From NCBI GenBank assembly GCA_965287045.1, contig OZ336885.1, forward strand, positions 13,330,001-13,394,000: a DNA stretch of 64,000 nucleotides, in the 5' to 3' direction. The position numbers and the translations under genes were made by a program. The stretch comes from Carcharhinus amblyrhynchos (taxonomy: Eukaryota). Shown one piece after another: positions 24,152-38,804 of the stretch. The stretch's first letter is position 1. Every line of letters begins with the position of its first letter. The notes beneath the pieces are model-generated. The model saw only the letters and a program-made list of their open reading frames with translations. It was not told the origin of the DNA and did not search any database.

Positions 24152-25639
24152 AGGACTTCACAATGGTTGACTAACTTGCTTACTTTCTTTTCCTATTTTG
24201 GAGAAACTAAAGATCCCAAGCTTATGAAAGTGTGAAAATATTCATTTAAAATGCCCGTTGTGAAAAAAAACACTAAGTACAAGGAACTGCTCAGTTCCTG
24301 CAATAGTTAAAATCAACGGGCTAGTTTACACAGAAAATAATTTGCTTTGGCGACTTTTTCAGTTGTGAAATTGGCTATGCTTTTAATCTTATTTAATAAG
24401 CTTTATTTTTTAATGCAAAATAACCTGTGGAAAGGACCACATCTACTTGAAAAGTATGCAAACTTTGCAGCAGTTGAACAGATATTCATCTATGATCTAT
24501 TGATTTTGTGAAACAGTAGACTTTACAGTCTCCTAACAGCACTATGCATCTTGACATAATGTGGTGTCATGTTGTAAACTTGGATAGTCTCCCAACCTAT
24601 GACTAATAGTTAGGTTGTTGCCTCATAGCAGCAGTAGTTGCCTCAGCCAGATCACTTATTTAAAGTTGTTTTCGGATTTAGAATCTTCTTGAATCATCAA
24701 CAGCACTAACAGAGGCAGTTTTGATACTGAAGTATGATTGTAACGACCTTGAAATACCCTGATGTTGGAGTCACAAAACCTGTAGTGAAAATCCTATCCA
24801 GTCGTGTCTTAAGATAAAAAAATCACTGAATTTGTGTTGTTGGTATCATTGCAAATATTTTGGTATGAAACAGTTACATTTTCATAATAGGTTTCAACTG
24901 TCCTTTAAAATTCATTTTGCAGGATGAGTGGTGAGTTTTCTCTCTACTTTTTTCCGAGACTTTGGCTGTGGCTTAAATGCTGCTCTTCTTCCATCTTTTC
25001 CCCTTATTTCCTTCTTTGTACTGTGCATTCTTTCTGGAATTGTGGCATGCGCTTTGCAACTGTTCTCTCCATTCAGTGGAGCTTGGAGCCAACCCATTAA
25101 GATGTCCAACCTTGAATTGCCACAGCCCTTTGACTTTTTTCAAGTGTGTGGATGCCTAGGCCTTATGCAAATTAGTCAGTGACATCAATAGCTATCTGTT
25201 TCAGACTAACCCAATATGCTGGAAGACCACATTAATTTGCCTTGGGCAAACTTGCCACATTTAAAACACTCGATCTCTTTGCCCACTGATCTCTGACTTC
25301 TGGTTAGCAGTTCGTCTCTTGCCTTGTTGGATGTGGGTTGAGTAGTTGGCTTGTGGTGCAACATGACTATGGGATGGCACAAGACATCTTGTAGCCACTT
25401 GAAGGCTTACAGATGGCTCACAAGGCAGAAAATAACCAGCTTGTGTGTTTATCTGCTTGAGTGTCACATTTGTAATCAAGTAACTAGATTCTCAAAGAAG
25501 CAAAATACTGTGGATACTGGAATCTGAAAAAAACTCATTGGATCTGGCTAACAGTATTATACTTAAAGAAAAAGCATATATTTGTGTATATATGACTGGC
25601 AGGTCAGGAGGTTGGAAAGAATATGAAAAGACTGGCAAG

Positions 25640-27390
25640 GAAAGAAAAATTAGAGTGTGAGAAAAATTTAGCCAGTAATACAAAGGTGGATAGTAAAAGT
25701 TTCCATTGATATTTAAATGAGAAAAGAGTTAACAAAGTGAGTATTGGTCAAATAGAAAGTGGGGAATTGGTAATGGAAAGTAGGGTAAAGGTAGACGAAT
25801 TAAACAGGTAATTTTCATCGGGCTCTACTATAGAGGACACCAGTAATATCCAAGAAATAGCTGTAAATCAGGAAGTGGAGAGGAAGGAGAAACACAGGAA
25901 AATTACAGTTACCAGGGAAATGGTATTGAGCAAATTGTTGCATCTGTGGGCTGACAAATCTTTTGGTCCAGATGGACTTCACCCTAAGAAATGGATAATG
26001 AGATAAGTAACACATTTGTTTTAATTTTCCAAAATTCCCTAGATTCAGAAAAGGTTCCATTAGATTGGAAAATAGTATTTACCACCTTTATTCAAAAAGG
26101 GAAGGAGACAGAAAGCAGGAAACTTTTGGTCAGTTAGCGTATCATCTGTCATAGGAAAAATAAAGATGTTACAAGGCAAAATTTGAGGCAATCAGACAGA
26201 GTCAACATGGTTTTATGAAAGGAAAATCATGTTTAACCAATTTATTGAGATTCTTTGAAGGAGTCACATGTGCCATGGATAAAGACGAACCAGTGGATGT
26301 ATTGTGCATAGATTTCCAGAAGGTATTTGATAAGGTGCCACATTAAAAGTTATTGAGTAAAATAAAAGCTCATGGTAAAGGGGTAACATATTGGCATGGA
26401 TTGAAGATTGGTTACCTAACAGGAAACGGAGTGTTGGCATAAATGGGCCATTTTCTAGTTGGCAGGATATGACAAGTGGTGTGCCATAGGGATCAGTACT
26501 GGAGCCTCAACATTTTATGATTTATATAAATGACTTGGACAAAGGGACTGAAGATATGGTTGATAAACTTGCTGATGAAACAAAGGCAGTTAGGAATATA
26601 AATTGTGACAAGCGTGCAAGGGCACAAATAGGTTAAGTGAGTGGGTAAAAATCGAGCAAATAGAATATAATGTGGGCAAATGTGAAGCAGGAAGAATACC
26701 AAAGAACCCTATTGTCTAAATGGTGAGAAATTGTGGATTCCTGTGGTCCAGCGGGGTCTGGGTGTCCTCATGCTTTAAAAAAGACTAGTACCTGGGTACA
26801 GCACTTAATTGGGAATGCTAATAGGATGTTATTCTTTATTGTGAGGGGAATTTTTTACAGAAGTAAGGAGGTTATGCTTGAGTTGTTCAGGGCATTGATG
26901 AGACTACATCTGGAATACTGTGTACAGTATTGATTTCCTTATTTAAGAAAAGAAGCAAAAGTGTTAGAAACTGTTCAGAGAAAGTTTATTGAACCAATTC
27001 AAGAAATGGGCAGATTATCGTATGAGGAAAGGTTGAAGAGGTTAGGTTTATATTCACTGGAGTTTAGAAAAGTATGAGGTGACTTGATCGAAGCTTTTAA
27101 GATTTTAAAGGGTAAGTAAAGTTGCCATAGTCCCAGAGGGCCATAGACTGCTGTCCCTTTTGAGGGGGAGAGCTGACTGGTGGTGATTTAACCTGAGGAT
27201 CACCACATCTCAGGCTTGAAAAGCATGCCATCATGAATAGCTTAGAATGAGATAGATTCTTGATTAACAAGGATGTGAAAGGTTAATCAATAGGTAGGAA
27301 CGCGGGGGTTGAAGTTACAAGCAGATCACCCATGATCTTATTGAATGGAGCAGGCTCGAAGGGCCAAGTGGCCTGTTCCTGCTCCTAGGA
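25640..27390 (+). mobile_element. Old CR1 LINE (ORF2 RT remnant) with a SINE fragment at about 27113-27240
   Basis: DFQKVFDKVPH, GVP*GSVLEP, YINDLD, RLHLEYCVQY motifs; many stops. Confidence 0.85.
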
Positions 27391-28039
27391 GAATGTACGT
27401 ACGTCTGTATGATCACCTAAAATAGTTGTTGAGCTAGTAGCAGTAAAGACCGCGTGGTTATGTAGCAGTGAAAATATGCAAAGATTCCATTGTGCATTTC
27501 CTTTGGAATATAGTTTATCAATGAGTGGCAGCAGAATGAAGATGAAATAAAAGAGAGATGTAAATAGGATGTTCTCTTCATTTCAACATCATCCTTCAGT
27601 TCCGCACTTTTAATTTAAAATTACTCTTTCATTTGCCGGTTTACAGAGGAATTAGCCTCAACTGGAGGAAATTAGACCCCTATACAACTTATTGAATGAT
27701 CCATTTAAGTTTAAACTGAGTTCCTATAATATGTTACCAAAGCGCCAAGTCATATAGATCAGACAACTTGCAAGTTCAGTCCCTGGTCTATGCTGTGACA
27801 GTTGGAGAAGGTGGCGTCATTGCTATATTAACCTAATTACCTTGGATCAGGGAAGAGGGTGAGATCTCGCATATTAACAAGTTAGCAAAATTCTTCCTAT
27901 AACATAATACATTGCTTCCACTAACTCTGTACAGTAACAATAAGCTAAAAGCATTTTACCTGCAAGTTGGATGGCTAGTCCTTTAGGTAATACTACTGGC
28001 TAGGGAAATTGTTAGTTTTTTCTGGTCCACGCTGGATAG

Positions 28040-29475
28040 GTCAAGATTTTTTATTGCGACCCTTAATTGCTCTTGAGAAGTTGGTGGTGAGCCAACTTCT
28101 TAAACAGCTGCAGCCTATCTGGTGTAGGTACAGCCACAATGCTGTTAGAGATGGACTTTCAGGATTTGACCCAGCAACAGTGAAGGAATGTGATATAGTT
28201 CCAAGTCAGTTGTGTGGCTTGGAGGGTAACTTGCAAGTAGTGATGTTTCCATATCCATGTGCTGCTCTTGTCCTTTTTGGCGAAGATATTGTGGGTTTGG
28301 AAGGTGCTGTCAAAGGAGCCTTGGTGAATTGTTGCAGTGCATCTTATAAATGGTATGCACTGGTGGAGCGAATGGATGTTGAAGATGTGGAAAAGGTATC
28401 CATCAAGCAGGCTTCTTTGTTCTGGATGACGTTGTGTTTCTTGAGTGCTGTTGAAGCTACACTTGTCGAAGCAAGTGGACAATATTTCATCACACTCCTG
28501 ACTTGTGCCTTGTCAACAGTGGAAAGAATTTGAGGAGTCAGTGGGTGAGTTCCTCTCTACAGAATTCCCAACTTCTGACCTGCTGTTATCGTTACAGTAT
28601 TTATATGACTAGACCAGTTAAATCTCTGATCACTGGTAACCCCCATGATGTTGATAGTGGGCATTCATCAATGATAATCCCATTGAATGTCAAGGGGAGA
28701 TGGTTAGGTTACTTCTTGTTGGAGATGGTCTTTGCCTGCCACTTATGTGATGTGAATAATACTAGCACAGTGGTTAACTCTGCTGCTTCACTGCGCTAGG
28801 GACCCGGGTCCAATTCCCAGCTTGAGTCACTGTCTCTGTGGAGTTTGCACATTCTACCCATGCCTGCGTGGGTTTCCTCCAGATGCTCCAGTTTGTCCTG
28901 CTTTTGTGGACAGGACATACCTGGGTAATTTTCCACATTGCCTGGTAAATGTCAATGTTGTAGCTGTACTGGAACAGCTTGGTGAGGGGCATGGCAAGTT
29001 TTGGAACACAAGTAATCAGTACTGTTAATGGAATGTTGTCAGGGCCCATAGACTATTCAGTATTCAGTGTCTTCAGCCATTTCATGAAATTACATGGACT
29101 GAATCAAATTGACTGAAGATTGGCATTTATGACGTTGCAACATCTGAAGGAAGCTGAGAAGGATCATCCACTTGGCACTTCTTCATGAAAATTGTTGCAA
29201 GTTCTCTAGCTTTGTATTTTGCACAGAAGTGCTGCGCTCCTCCATCATTGAGGTTGGAGATATATATGGAGCCTCCTCCTCCAGTTAGTTGTTTAATTGG
29301 ACATCAATGTTCATAAATGGAGCATGTGGCAGACCTTAAATCTAATCTGTTTGTTGAGGGTTTGTTCAGCCGTCCATTGCATGCTGTTTTTGTTGTTTAG
29401 CTTGCAAGTATTCTTGTACTGTAGCTTCAGCAGGCTGGCACCTCATTTTTAGTTATGCCTAGTGCTGCTTCCTGC
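28040..29475 (-). mobile_element. CR1/L2-group LINE (second family) with HE1 head inserted at about 28762-28890
   Basis: MGPDNIPLTVLITCVPKLAMPLTKLFQYSYN...WKITQVCPVHK pre-RT motif. Confidence 0.75.
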
Positions 29476-29841
29476 AAAGATTATGAGAGGGTGTAAACTG
29501 AATCTGTGTAGTGAAAGTCAGATTGTCCATTAAATCAGCATTGGAGGCTTTTGATGTCACAATCCACCAACTCTGCAAGCTTCTGGCATATGCACAATCC
29601 AAACCAGCACGCTGTCAAGTAGGACAAAAAAATTCAGGCTGAACCAGTAATGGCCAGATGTATCCCAAACAATTATTTTTAAGAGTTCAAAGTGTCTGCT
29701 GCACTCTGGCACCAGCAGAGGTACAGAATCCAATTCTGTAGCCAAAGTCCTCTTTCGATAATGGGAGAGTAGAAAATTACTGAGGAAAAAATGGATGGAG
29801 AAAACTTATTTTTGTGATTTTCCTCATTTTCAAATGGAGGT

Positions 29842-30545
29842 AAACATAAGAACATAAGTAATAGGAGCAGGAGTAGGCCATCTAGCCCTTCGAGCCTGCC
29901 CTGCCATTCAATAAGATCATGGTTGATCTGAAGTGGATCAGTTCCACTTTCCTGCTTTCTCCCCATAACCCTTAATTCCCTTGTCTATCAAAAACCTCTC
30001 TACCCGTGACTTAAATATATTTAGCGAGGTAGCCTCCACCACTTGAACGGGCAGAGAATTCCAGAGATTCACCACCCTTTGAGTGAAGAAGTTCCTCCTC
30101 AACTCCGATCTAAACTTTTGAAAACATTTATTAAAGTCTCATGGTATTTGAATAAAACATTGAATTGGGTAGACACCTAGGATTTTTCACCTTATTTTCA
30201 GTAAAAGGGCATGTGTCCATGCTTTTCTATATAGAAGCAGATTAATTGAAAATGAAGCTTTTACCATAATACCCATCAATATTTTTAGGTCATGTATAGC
30301 AAGAGTTTTATTTTGTTCATGCATAGGATGTGGGTGTTGCTACAAGACACGCATATATTTTGAGGCTGTGCCCTCTAGTCCTGCTATCCTTTCTAAGCGG
30401 GAAGAATCTCTCTACTTCCACCCTATCCATCCCTTTCATTATCTTATACGTCTCTATAAGATCCCCCCTCATCCTTCTAAACTCCAACGAGTACAGACCC
30501 AGTCTATTTAGTCTCTCTTCATAGTCCAACCCCCTCATCTCCGTA
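29842..30545 (-). mobile_element. Young CR1 3' end interrupted by a 247-bp copy of nearby flank
   Basis: AACATAAG tail; EMRGLDYEERLNRLGLYSLEFRRMRGDLIETYK. Confidence 0.92.
30113..30359 (+). repeat. Direct duplicate of 31322-31568
   Basis: 247 bp, two mismatches seen by eye. Confidence 0.95.
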
Positions 30546-31509
30546 GCAAAGCTATCAGTTAACTCTTTGGAAAGATAGCTTGTTTTGCCTGAAGGTAGAG
30601 CCCCCACATTTCTCTATACTGTTGAAGCTGCCTGCTGTATCAAAAGTCTCAAAATATTTTTTGAATCCATCTTTCGATTGGGTTGGCTCAAGCTCATCCA
30701 TTATGTTTCCTTAAGTGAGGGAAGACAAATAATTAATTATTATTTCCAAAAATATACCAGGAACTTTTTTTTTTGTTTTTGCAAGTAATTACCAGCCTTA
30801 ACTGAAGGAAACATCAGTGGATGGTCCTTTGGAATGAATTTAATAATGCCCTCGTACATGTTAGATCGAAAGCCCTTTTCATAATGTGTATTCAGGCACA
30901 GAAGCCTACATTTTAGAATCTTGGGTGGACTGCATGTAGTTATCAGCACTACCAGCCCCATTACTGAGCTGGAGAAAACAACTGAGTACAATGGAAAGTG
31001 ACCTTTCAGCCCACACAGTTACTATTTATGGTTAGCTCTTTCTTAATGACTTCCCTGGTTTCCAGATAATTATTTAGCATTATGCTTCCTGTTTATTCTG
31101 ACAATGCTCCACACAATATTTTCCTTTTTGCAATACTCCTGATTAACATGTTTGTGTATGTTGGTCTAGTATGAACCATGCTAAAGTTGTTAGAAATTTT
31201 AAAGATTCAAGAAGGACTGAACAAGAGGTCCAACAGAACAAAAGGGTCAATAAAACTGTCCCATTTTAATCAATCAGATTTGCCTAAATATCAGTAAATC
31301 TTCATTTCTTCAAAATAACAGAACTTTTGAAAACATTTATTAAAGTCTCATGGTATTTGAATAAAACATTGAATTGGGTAGACACCTAGGATTTTTCACC
31401 TTATTTTCAGTAAAAGGGCATGTGTCCATGCTTTTCTATATAGAAGCAGATTAATTGAAAATGAAGCTTTTACCATAATACCCATCAATATTTTTAGGTC
31501 ATGTGTAGC

Positions 31510-32000
31510 AAGAGTTTTATTTTGTTCATGCATAGGATGTGGGTGTTGCTACAAGACACGCATGTATTACCATCCATAATTGCCTTGGAGAAGGTGGTAG
31601 TGATATGTCTTCTTGAACCACTGCAGTTCATGTGGTGAAAGTACTCCAATAGTGCTATTAGGCTGGGAGTTCCAGAATTTTGATCCAACGGTGATAAAGG
31701 AACCAGTATATTTTTCCATATCAGGCTGGTGTGTGACTTGGAGGTAATTTTGGAGGTGGTGCTATTCTCTTGTGCCTACTGCCCATATTTTTCTAGGTGG
31801 TAGAAGTCACATCTTTGGCAGATGCTGTTGAAAAAGTCTTGTTGAGTTGTTCCAGTGCATCTTGTATATGGTGCATATATTGCAGCCACAATGTGCCTAG
31901 ATTGTGAATGTTTAAAGTGGTGGATGGGATGTCAATCAAGTGAACTGCTTTGTTCTGGATGGTGTCAAGTTTCTTGACTGTTGTTAGAGCTGTATTCATC
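31510..32000 (-). mobile_element. CR1/L2-group LINE 3' end (second family)
   Basis: TTVKKLDTIQNKAVHLIDIPSTTLNIH. Confidence 0.7.
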
Positions 32001-33569
32001 TAGGTATCTGAGTAGGTGCAAAAGAAAACTTATTCAGCATTGCCTCAACAATAAACCTTGACTCTCCAGAAGAGCATTCACTATTGTAACAACATGATAA
32101 CCTCAGAATGACTTGGAAGGTGCAGGAATGAGGAGACACTGCTAAATTTAACAGCAAGACCTTATTATGTTTTGGCTGTTCTGCTTTCCATCCAGTATCT
32201 GGCCAGTTTGAAAGGCTACTTAGCAATCTGTTGGAAAAACAAACGAACAAAGCTTCAGCCAGACAACCTTGGTGACAGCCCTCAGTAAGTGCAATTTTAG
32301 GACAGGCCTCATTTAGTTGAGATTAGGGAATTGATCAATTATATTGGTGGGGTTCACTTCAGAATGGGGGTTGGGGATTATTGCCAATCAAAGCAGTGGC
32401 TTGAGAGAGGCCGCAATTGATAGGCTGAAGGTTTCTTTGTTCCTCCTGGCCTACAGGGATACTATAAAAGTAATTGCTTTCTGGAAGGTTTTAAGGTTTT
32501 TAGTATTTAATTCTTTTACTCATCCCCATCACCCTGACATGCGTTACGAAATGCTTTGAAACTTTTAAAACTGATTCCATGAATGAGTCCTGCACGCAAT
32601 TAATTACTACCAGTAAGTAACATGTTCCAGCAGGAACCCTGATTAATTGTTTTCCTCCTTTGTATACCCTTTCAAAGCTTTTGTATACTGAAGCTGAAGC
32701 AGTTAAAGAGGTAGTCTGGTAAAGAGGTAGTCTGGTAAAGAGCTAGGTTCTACACCTTTTCATCGCAAATACAGGTTTGGAAGTTTAATAGCATCTCTGG
32801 CAAAATATTTGTGACCTGAGACAGAATTAGGATGATTTTTGACTCTTTGCCCAATTGGCACTCTGACATAGAGCTGCAACAGGCAGAGGACAAAATGGCT
32901 GTTTGACTTGCTCACATATAAGTGACATCATTATGACTAGCACAACTTAGTGCTCCTGCCCACAAACCACAGGCAGTGCAATGATCGGGGTAGCCATTTG
33001 AAATGCTTTTTAAAGGGATGATCATGTGCAAGCTGATAACTCTTTTGGAAACATTTTTTCTTGCACTAGCATCTGTTTTCTGAACTTAATGGACTTGAAA
33101 GCGCGTCTTGTTGGTTCTGAAGCATAGAAGCTTCTAGAGCTGTAGTTTATTCTGTGGTCTTTCTGATTGCCTCCCACTTTGAGGAGGAGGAGGAGGAAAT
33201 AGTAAACAAAGCTGCAGCTGGGAGAGAGCAAACAGAAGGGAACATTCTCGTAGAGAAATCTGTCAGAGTTGATAATCTTTGAACAGCATAAAGTTTTCAG
33301 CATGGAAGCTGGCTTAGACTCTTTGATTTTTTAAGGCTGCTGCAAGTGGGCCTGCAAACCTCAGACAGCACTGCCTGTTGTAGCAAGGCAGCTACAGCTC
33401 AGAACATTGTCATTCCTTTCAGGGATTAGCAAAATTGAGGTGGAGCAGTCAGGGTTCATTCAGCTGCACGAATGTTGAAGTGACCACATGCTCTAGAGCT
33501 GACTGCAAATTGTTAATATCATGTGTGACAACAGCATGCATGTGCTGGACACCATTATGCAATTTGACA

Positions 33570-34445
33570 TGAACAAAACAAAGAACAATGTAGCACAGGA
33601 AACTGGCCCTTCGGCCCTCCAAGCCTGTGCTGCTCATGCGTCTAACTAGACCATTCGTTTGTATCTCTCCATTCCCAGTCTTTTCAAGTGGCTATCCAGA
33701 TAAGTCTTAAATGATCCCAGCATGTCCGCCTCTACCACCTTGCTTGGCAGTGCATTCCAGGCCCCCATCACCCTCTGTGTAAAATACGTCCCTCTGACAT
33801 CTGTGTTAAACTTTGCCCCCCTCACCTTCAGCCTGTGACCCCTTGTGTTCATTACCTCTGACCTGAAAAAATGTTTCCCACTGTTCACTCTATCTATGCC
33901 CTTTATAATCTTATACACCTCTATTAAGTCGCCCCTCATCCTCTGTCTTTCCAGGGCGAACAACCCCAGTTTAGCCAATCTCTCCTCATAGCTAAGACCC
34001 CTCCATACCAGGCAACATCCTGGTAAACCTTTTCTGTACTCTCTCCAAAGCTTCCATGTCCTTCTGGTAGTGTAGTGACCAGAACAGGATGCAGTATTCC
34101 AAATGTGGCCTACCCAATGTTCTATATAGCTGCAACATCATACGCTAACTTTTATACTCTATGCCTTGTCATTTAAAGGCAAGCATGGCCTTCTTCACCA
34201 CCTTCTCCACTTGTGCTGCCACTTTTAAGGATCTGTGGACCTGCACACCCAGGTCCCTCTGTGTGTCTATATTCCTGATGATTCTGCCACTTATTGTATA
34301 GCTCCCCCCTACATTAATTCTACCAAAATGCATCACTTCACATTTACCTGGATTAAATTCCATCTACCATTTCTCTGCCCAATTTTCCAGCCTATTTATA
34401 TTCTGCTGTACTCTCTGACAATGTTCATCGCTATCCGCAAGTTCA
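33570..34445 (-). mobile_element. CR1 3' end, different subfamily
   Basis: MEFNPGKCEVMHFG; LGLFALERQRMRGDLIEVYK; 19-bp tandem duplication at the 5' junction (about 34451-34487). Confidence 0.9.
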
Positions 34446-35705
34446 GCCAAGCTTTTGGAAGCATCCAAATGCTTTGGAAGCATCCTTAAAGATAATCTAA
34501 ATCATGCACTAATTGGTGATTCGCTCATTCTTTTAAAAACTGGGTCACTGAAAAAAAAATTGTATCTCCTCTTCAGTAGAGCTCAGGCTTGAGCTGGCTG
34601 TCTGATTAGTTCTTTTCTGTGCCTTCTTTGCTATCTTCAACTGCTCCTACAAGCTTTATTCAGTGAATCCAACAGTGCAGTCTCCTGAGACTTACTAAAA
34701 GTCACATAGGATGTCTATTCCTGTGCTAGTGCTTTAAGAGCAATAAGGCCAATATATTGTCCTTATCCTCATTTTGACTTTGGAGGCACGAATTAAGCTG
34801 TACTTGATAAGTGAAGATATTTCAGTGGCAGTTTGGTGCACCATCAAGCTGTTATGCTCAGAATGTGACAACATAAATGTATGATTGAAAGAGCTGTGGA
34901 ATGTTTTATGCCATTTTATATATTGCTGGTACATGCATTTACCACCCATGAAAAAATGTGAGCAATTAATCCCATTCTATTTTGACAGCCATATAGACAC
35001 AAATTAAAAAAAGACAAGTTTATCAGCCAAATTTAGATTATATATTCTGTGTATGCCAGGTGTCCCAGCTGGATTTTGGTTATGTGACACATTTTCGACT
35101 GTTGCTGGGAAATTACATTGCTTCAAAACAGGTTAAGTGGTTCCACTACTGGATCAGCAAGTCTGTATCAGTATCTGCCAAAGTCTATAAATACTGTGCA
35201 ATAAACACTAGCCATTCACAATAAATAAATGTTTACGATCGTTGTATGAAATGATTGCACCTCAAGGCAATCATGTAACTTCCCAATTTGGTTTTGGGTA
35301 AGAAATTGTGCCATATCCCCCATATTATTCAGAATGTCAAGTCACTGAAGACATAACAGCATTTATCATCTGACAACATTTTTCCTTTCCTCAGTGCTAG
35401 TTCATTGGCACCAAACCTTTTTGCAAATTACTTTCTGGGGTGGTATATTGGAAAGTTGTATTCACTGAATAATCCTAGTTGCCTTGAGAGTAGCTGTGGA
35501 TGTTCTCCTTGAACTGCTGCAGTTCCTAGATGCTGATGGTGTTCCTAACCATCGCATTAGCTGGAGAAATGACTTTCTCCTACTCCTGTTCTTTCCTAAG
35601 TCACCTGTAGGTTGGCACTAGTTCTCAGTCAGGAAATACTCTTTTTCGGAAGTGCCAGTGTACTTGAGACAGTATTATTGAACCAAACTCAGTACCATTT
35701 GAGTA

Positions 35706-36471
35706 CCATTATTTAAAAGGCAAAAAGCTGCAGCATGCTACAGTACAGAGGGACCTGGGGGTCCTTGTGCATGAATCACAAAAACCCAGTCTGCAGGTGC
35801 AGCAGGTGATCAAGAAGGCAAATGGAATGTTGGCCTTTATAGCGAGGGCGATCGAATATAAAAGCAGGGAGATCTTGCTGCAACTGTACAGGGTACTGGT
35901 GAGGCCGCAACTGGAGTACTGTGTGCAGTTTTGGTTGCCGCACTTGCAGAAGGATATATTGGCCTTGGAGGGAGTGCAGAGAAGGTTCAGTAGGCTGATA
36001 CCGGAGATGAGGGGTTTAGCCTATGAAGAGAGACTAAATAGACTGGGTCTGTACTCGTTGGAGTTTAGAGGGCTGAGGGGGATCTTATAGAGACGTATAA
36101 GATAATGAAGGGTATAGATAGGGTAGAGGTAGAGAGATTCTTCCTGCTTAGAAAGGATAGCAGGACTAGAGGGCACAGCCTCAAGATAATGGGGGGGGCA
36201 GTTTAGATTGGAGTTGAGGAGGAACTTCTTCACTCAAAGGGTGGTGAATCTCTGGCATTTTCTGCCCATTGAAGTGGTGGAGGCTACCTCGCTGAATATA
36301 TTTAAGTCACGGGTAGATCGGTTTCTGACAGACAGGGGAATTAAGGGTTATGGGGAGAAAGCGGGAAAGTGGAACTGATCCACTTCAGATCAGCCATGAT
36401 CTTATTGAATGACGGAGCAGGCTCAAAGGGCTAGATGGCCTACTCCTGCTCCTATTTTTTATGCTCTTATG
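35706..36471 (+). mobile_element. Young CR1 3' end
   Basis: KKANGMLAFIARAIEYKSREILLQLYRVLVRPQLEYCVQFW; same subfamily as 29842. Confidence 0.92.
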
Positions 36472-38804
36472 CAGAAGACTTATTCTGATTCAGAAACAAT
36501 AATCTATGAAAGTATCTCAAAATATAGCGCACATACTGTGAATTGCTGTCTCAGCTTGGAGTCCGTCAGAATATGACTTCCTCTTCTATTGTCAATGCCA
36601 ACTTCTGTATACCTGGTAGAGATAGCATGAAAGATACAGTTGGAAGGAACAGAAGTTAATTAAGACAAGGAACAAGATTTTTTTCTGTAGGCTCTGAACC
36701 CTGGCATCAGTCCCAAATGGATGTTAGAAGCCCACAAAGTTTGGGAAACAGTCTCTTTTCTGTTGCACAGCACCCCCATTGTGCCTCCAGGGAAATAATC
36801 ACAGGACAGGATGAAGTTGGAGAATGGCAGACATGTCCTCAGTTTAAAATTCTGTGTCCATCCATCACCATTCCCAGCCCCAGCGGGGCCTTAAAATTCT
36901 CACCAAAGTGACATGTTTACAGCAGCCTTCATTCCATGCGGAAGCCACACTTGATAATTACATAGCTTGGGATTATTTCAGCATAATTTCAAATGGTTTA
37001 AAAAGGATTTCATTTGAGCTTATTTAGTTCAATTTTACTGCCATAATTAATGATGCCACAAGTAGTTTTACAGAATGAGTATCCATTTGATTCATATGCC
37101 TGACAGGTTATTCTGAATACAGTTCCGGTAAGCAATTTAAGTAATTAAATACTTTGTTTTGTACACATCTTAAGTTACTAGAGATAGCCTATTTGCTACA
37201 TAATTACTCAACACCAATTTTGATACCTGGTACAGCTTAATTCCATTCCTGTCCTTGCCTAATGTCCAAATGTGTGCACTCCTTGCCAGAGTTTAAGTAT
37301 AATAAATAAGACCAGAAATCCTACTCCATTTTCTTTTCCATAACGTTGGGACACTGAAAACAACAGTAAGGATCAGATGAAGGAGGATGAGTGGAAGCTC
37401 ACAAGGCACATAAACACCTGTTATAGAGCTGGTTCTTGTAAATACTTTGTAACTTTGTAATACCATTGTCAAAATGAGATCAGCTAATTCAGCAGAGAAT
37501 AGAGATTGATTCTGACATTTTTCTGGTCTATATGATTCAGCTACTTAATGCTTAAAACCATTGAGCTGTTGGAGAACACATTTCTTACACTCCTAACAGT
37601 TGAGGCATTCACTGCTGCTGAGAATCTGTAAATGATCATCTGGGTATATTGCAGTGAATATAGGAACAGGAGCAAATCATTCCTTCGATGCTGTTTGCCT
37701 GTAGAGTTAGAACATGACTGCACCTCGACTTAATTTACTCACTTTTCAGCTATCTATTTAAACTTAAATTAGTAAATTAGAAAATCTTAATCTTGAAAAT
37801 TTCAAATGCCCCAGAATTCACAGCCTTTTAAGGAAGTGAATTCAAGTTCCCCTAACCATTGTATTGAAAAAAAGCTTCCTGATTTCACTCCTAATTGGTA
37901 GAGTTCTAATTTTAAAATTAGACCCCCTTGGTGTTTTGAATTCCCTTGCCAGAGGAAATGCCTTGGTGGGAAGTTGGGAGGGGATGGGGGGAAGCTTAAA
38001 AAAGATTGTTATGCCTTACGTGAGCATTCCGCATAAAATGATTCTTTTTTCAATTTGAAAGCAAGACCAGTTCTGTTTAGCCCCCATCGCTTGATTTTAA
38101 CATCTTCCTTCTGTGCTGAAATTGCTGAATTCTTAAAGTGAAAAAATTATCCATGTTGTACAAGAAATCCCAAGGTAAACAAATGTTCCCTTAGCAACCA
38201 CAGTGCTGCCAATGAGTGTGTTAAGCACACAAGACCTAAATGAATGTGAAAACAGTCCTTATTATTGTCATGGCAACAACCACAGAACAAATCAAAAAAC
38301 TCATGCACTGTGTAATTTATTCTGGTAAAATTTAATAGTGCCACATATTCTATGTATTGAATCATGTGTATTCATAAGTTACCCTCTTTTTTTAAAAATT
38401 TGATTCAGCATGGCCCTGAGGTTGGAAGGCCATGGGTCTGATTCTTGGCGTAGTTTATTTAGCTTTTCATTTGATAAAAATTCTTGATCTTATGATGTGA
38501 AGAAGAATGGGAAATGGCAGAGCTATGTAAGGTGCCTTTCATTCTGCTATAGTTATAGTTTTTGGACATTTGTCTTTGTTAACCATAGAAAGAAGGATTA
38601 ACATAATTGTACTGCCAAAGTTGATCATTTATGTTCAAGACATGGCATAGGAAGGTACCAGGTGTCTATTGCATATAGCAATACATGACTTTGATCCTAT
38701 TTTAACTCCAGCACTGTTTGCAATGGTTGAATTTTGATTGTAATTCAAAGAACTACAGGCCTCATTATAATCTGAATGAATTTAAAGTAAAAGTTAAAGT
38801 TTTT

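Noticed and set aside
32704-32742. 16-bp tandem duplication
   Set aside because: Ordinary slippage duplication with no further structure
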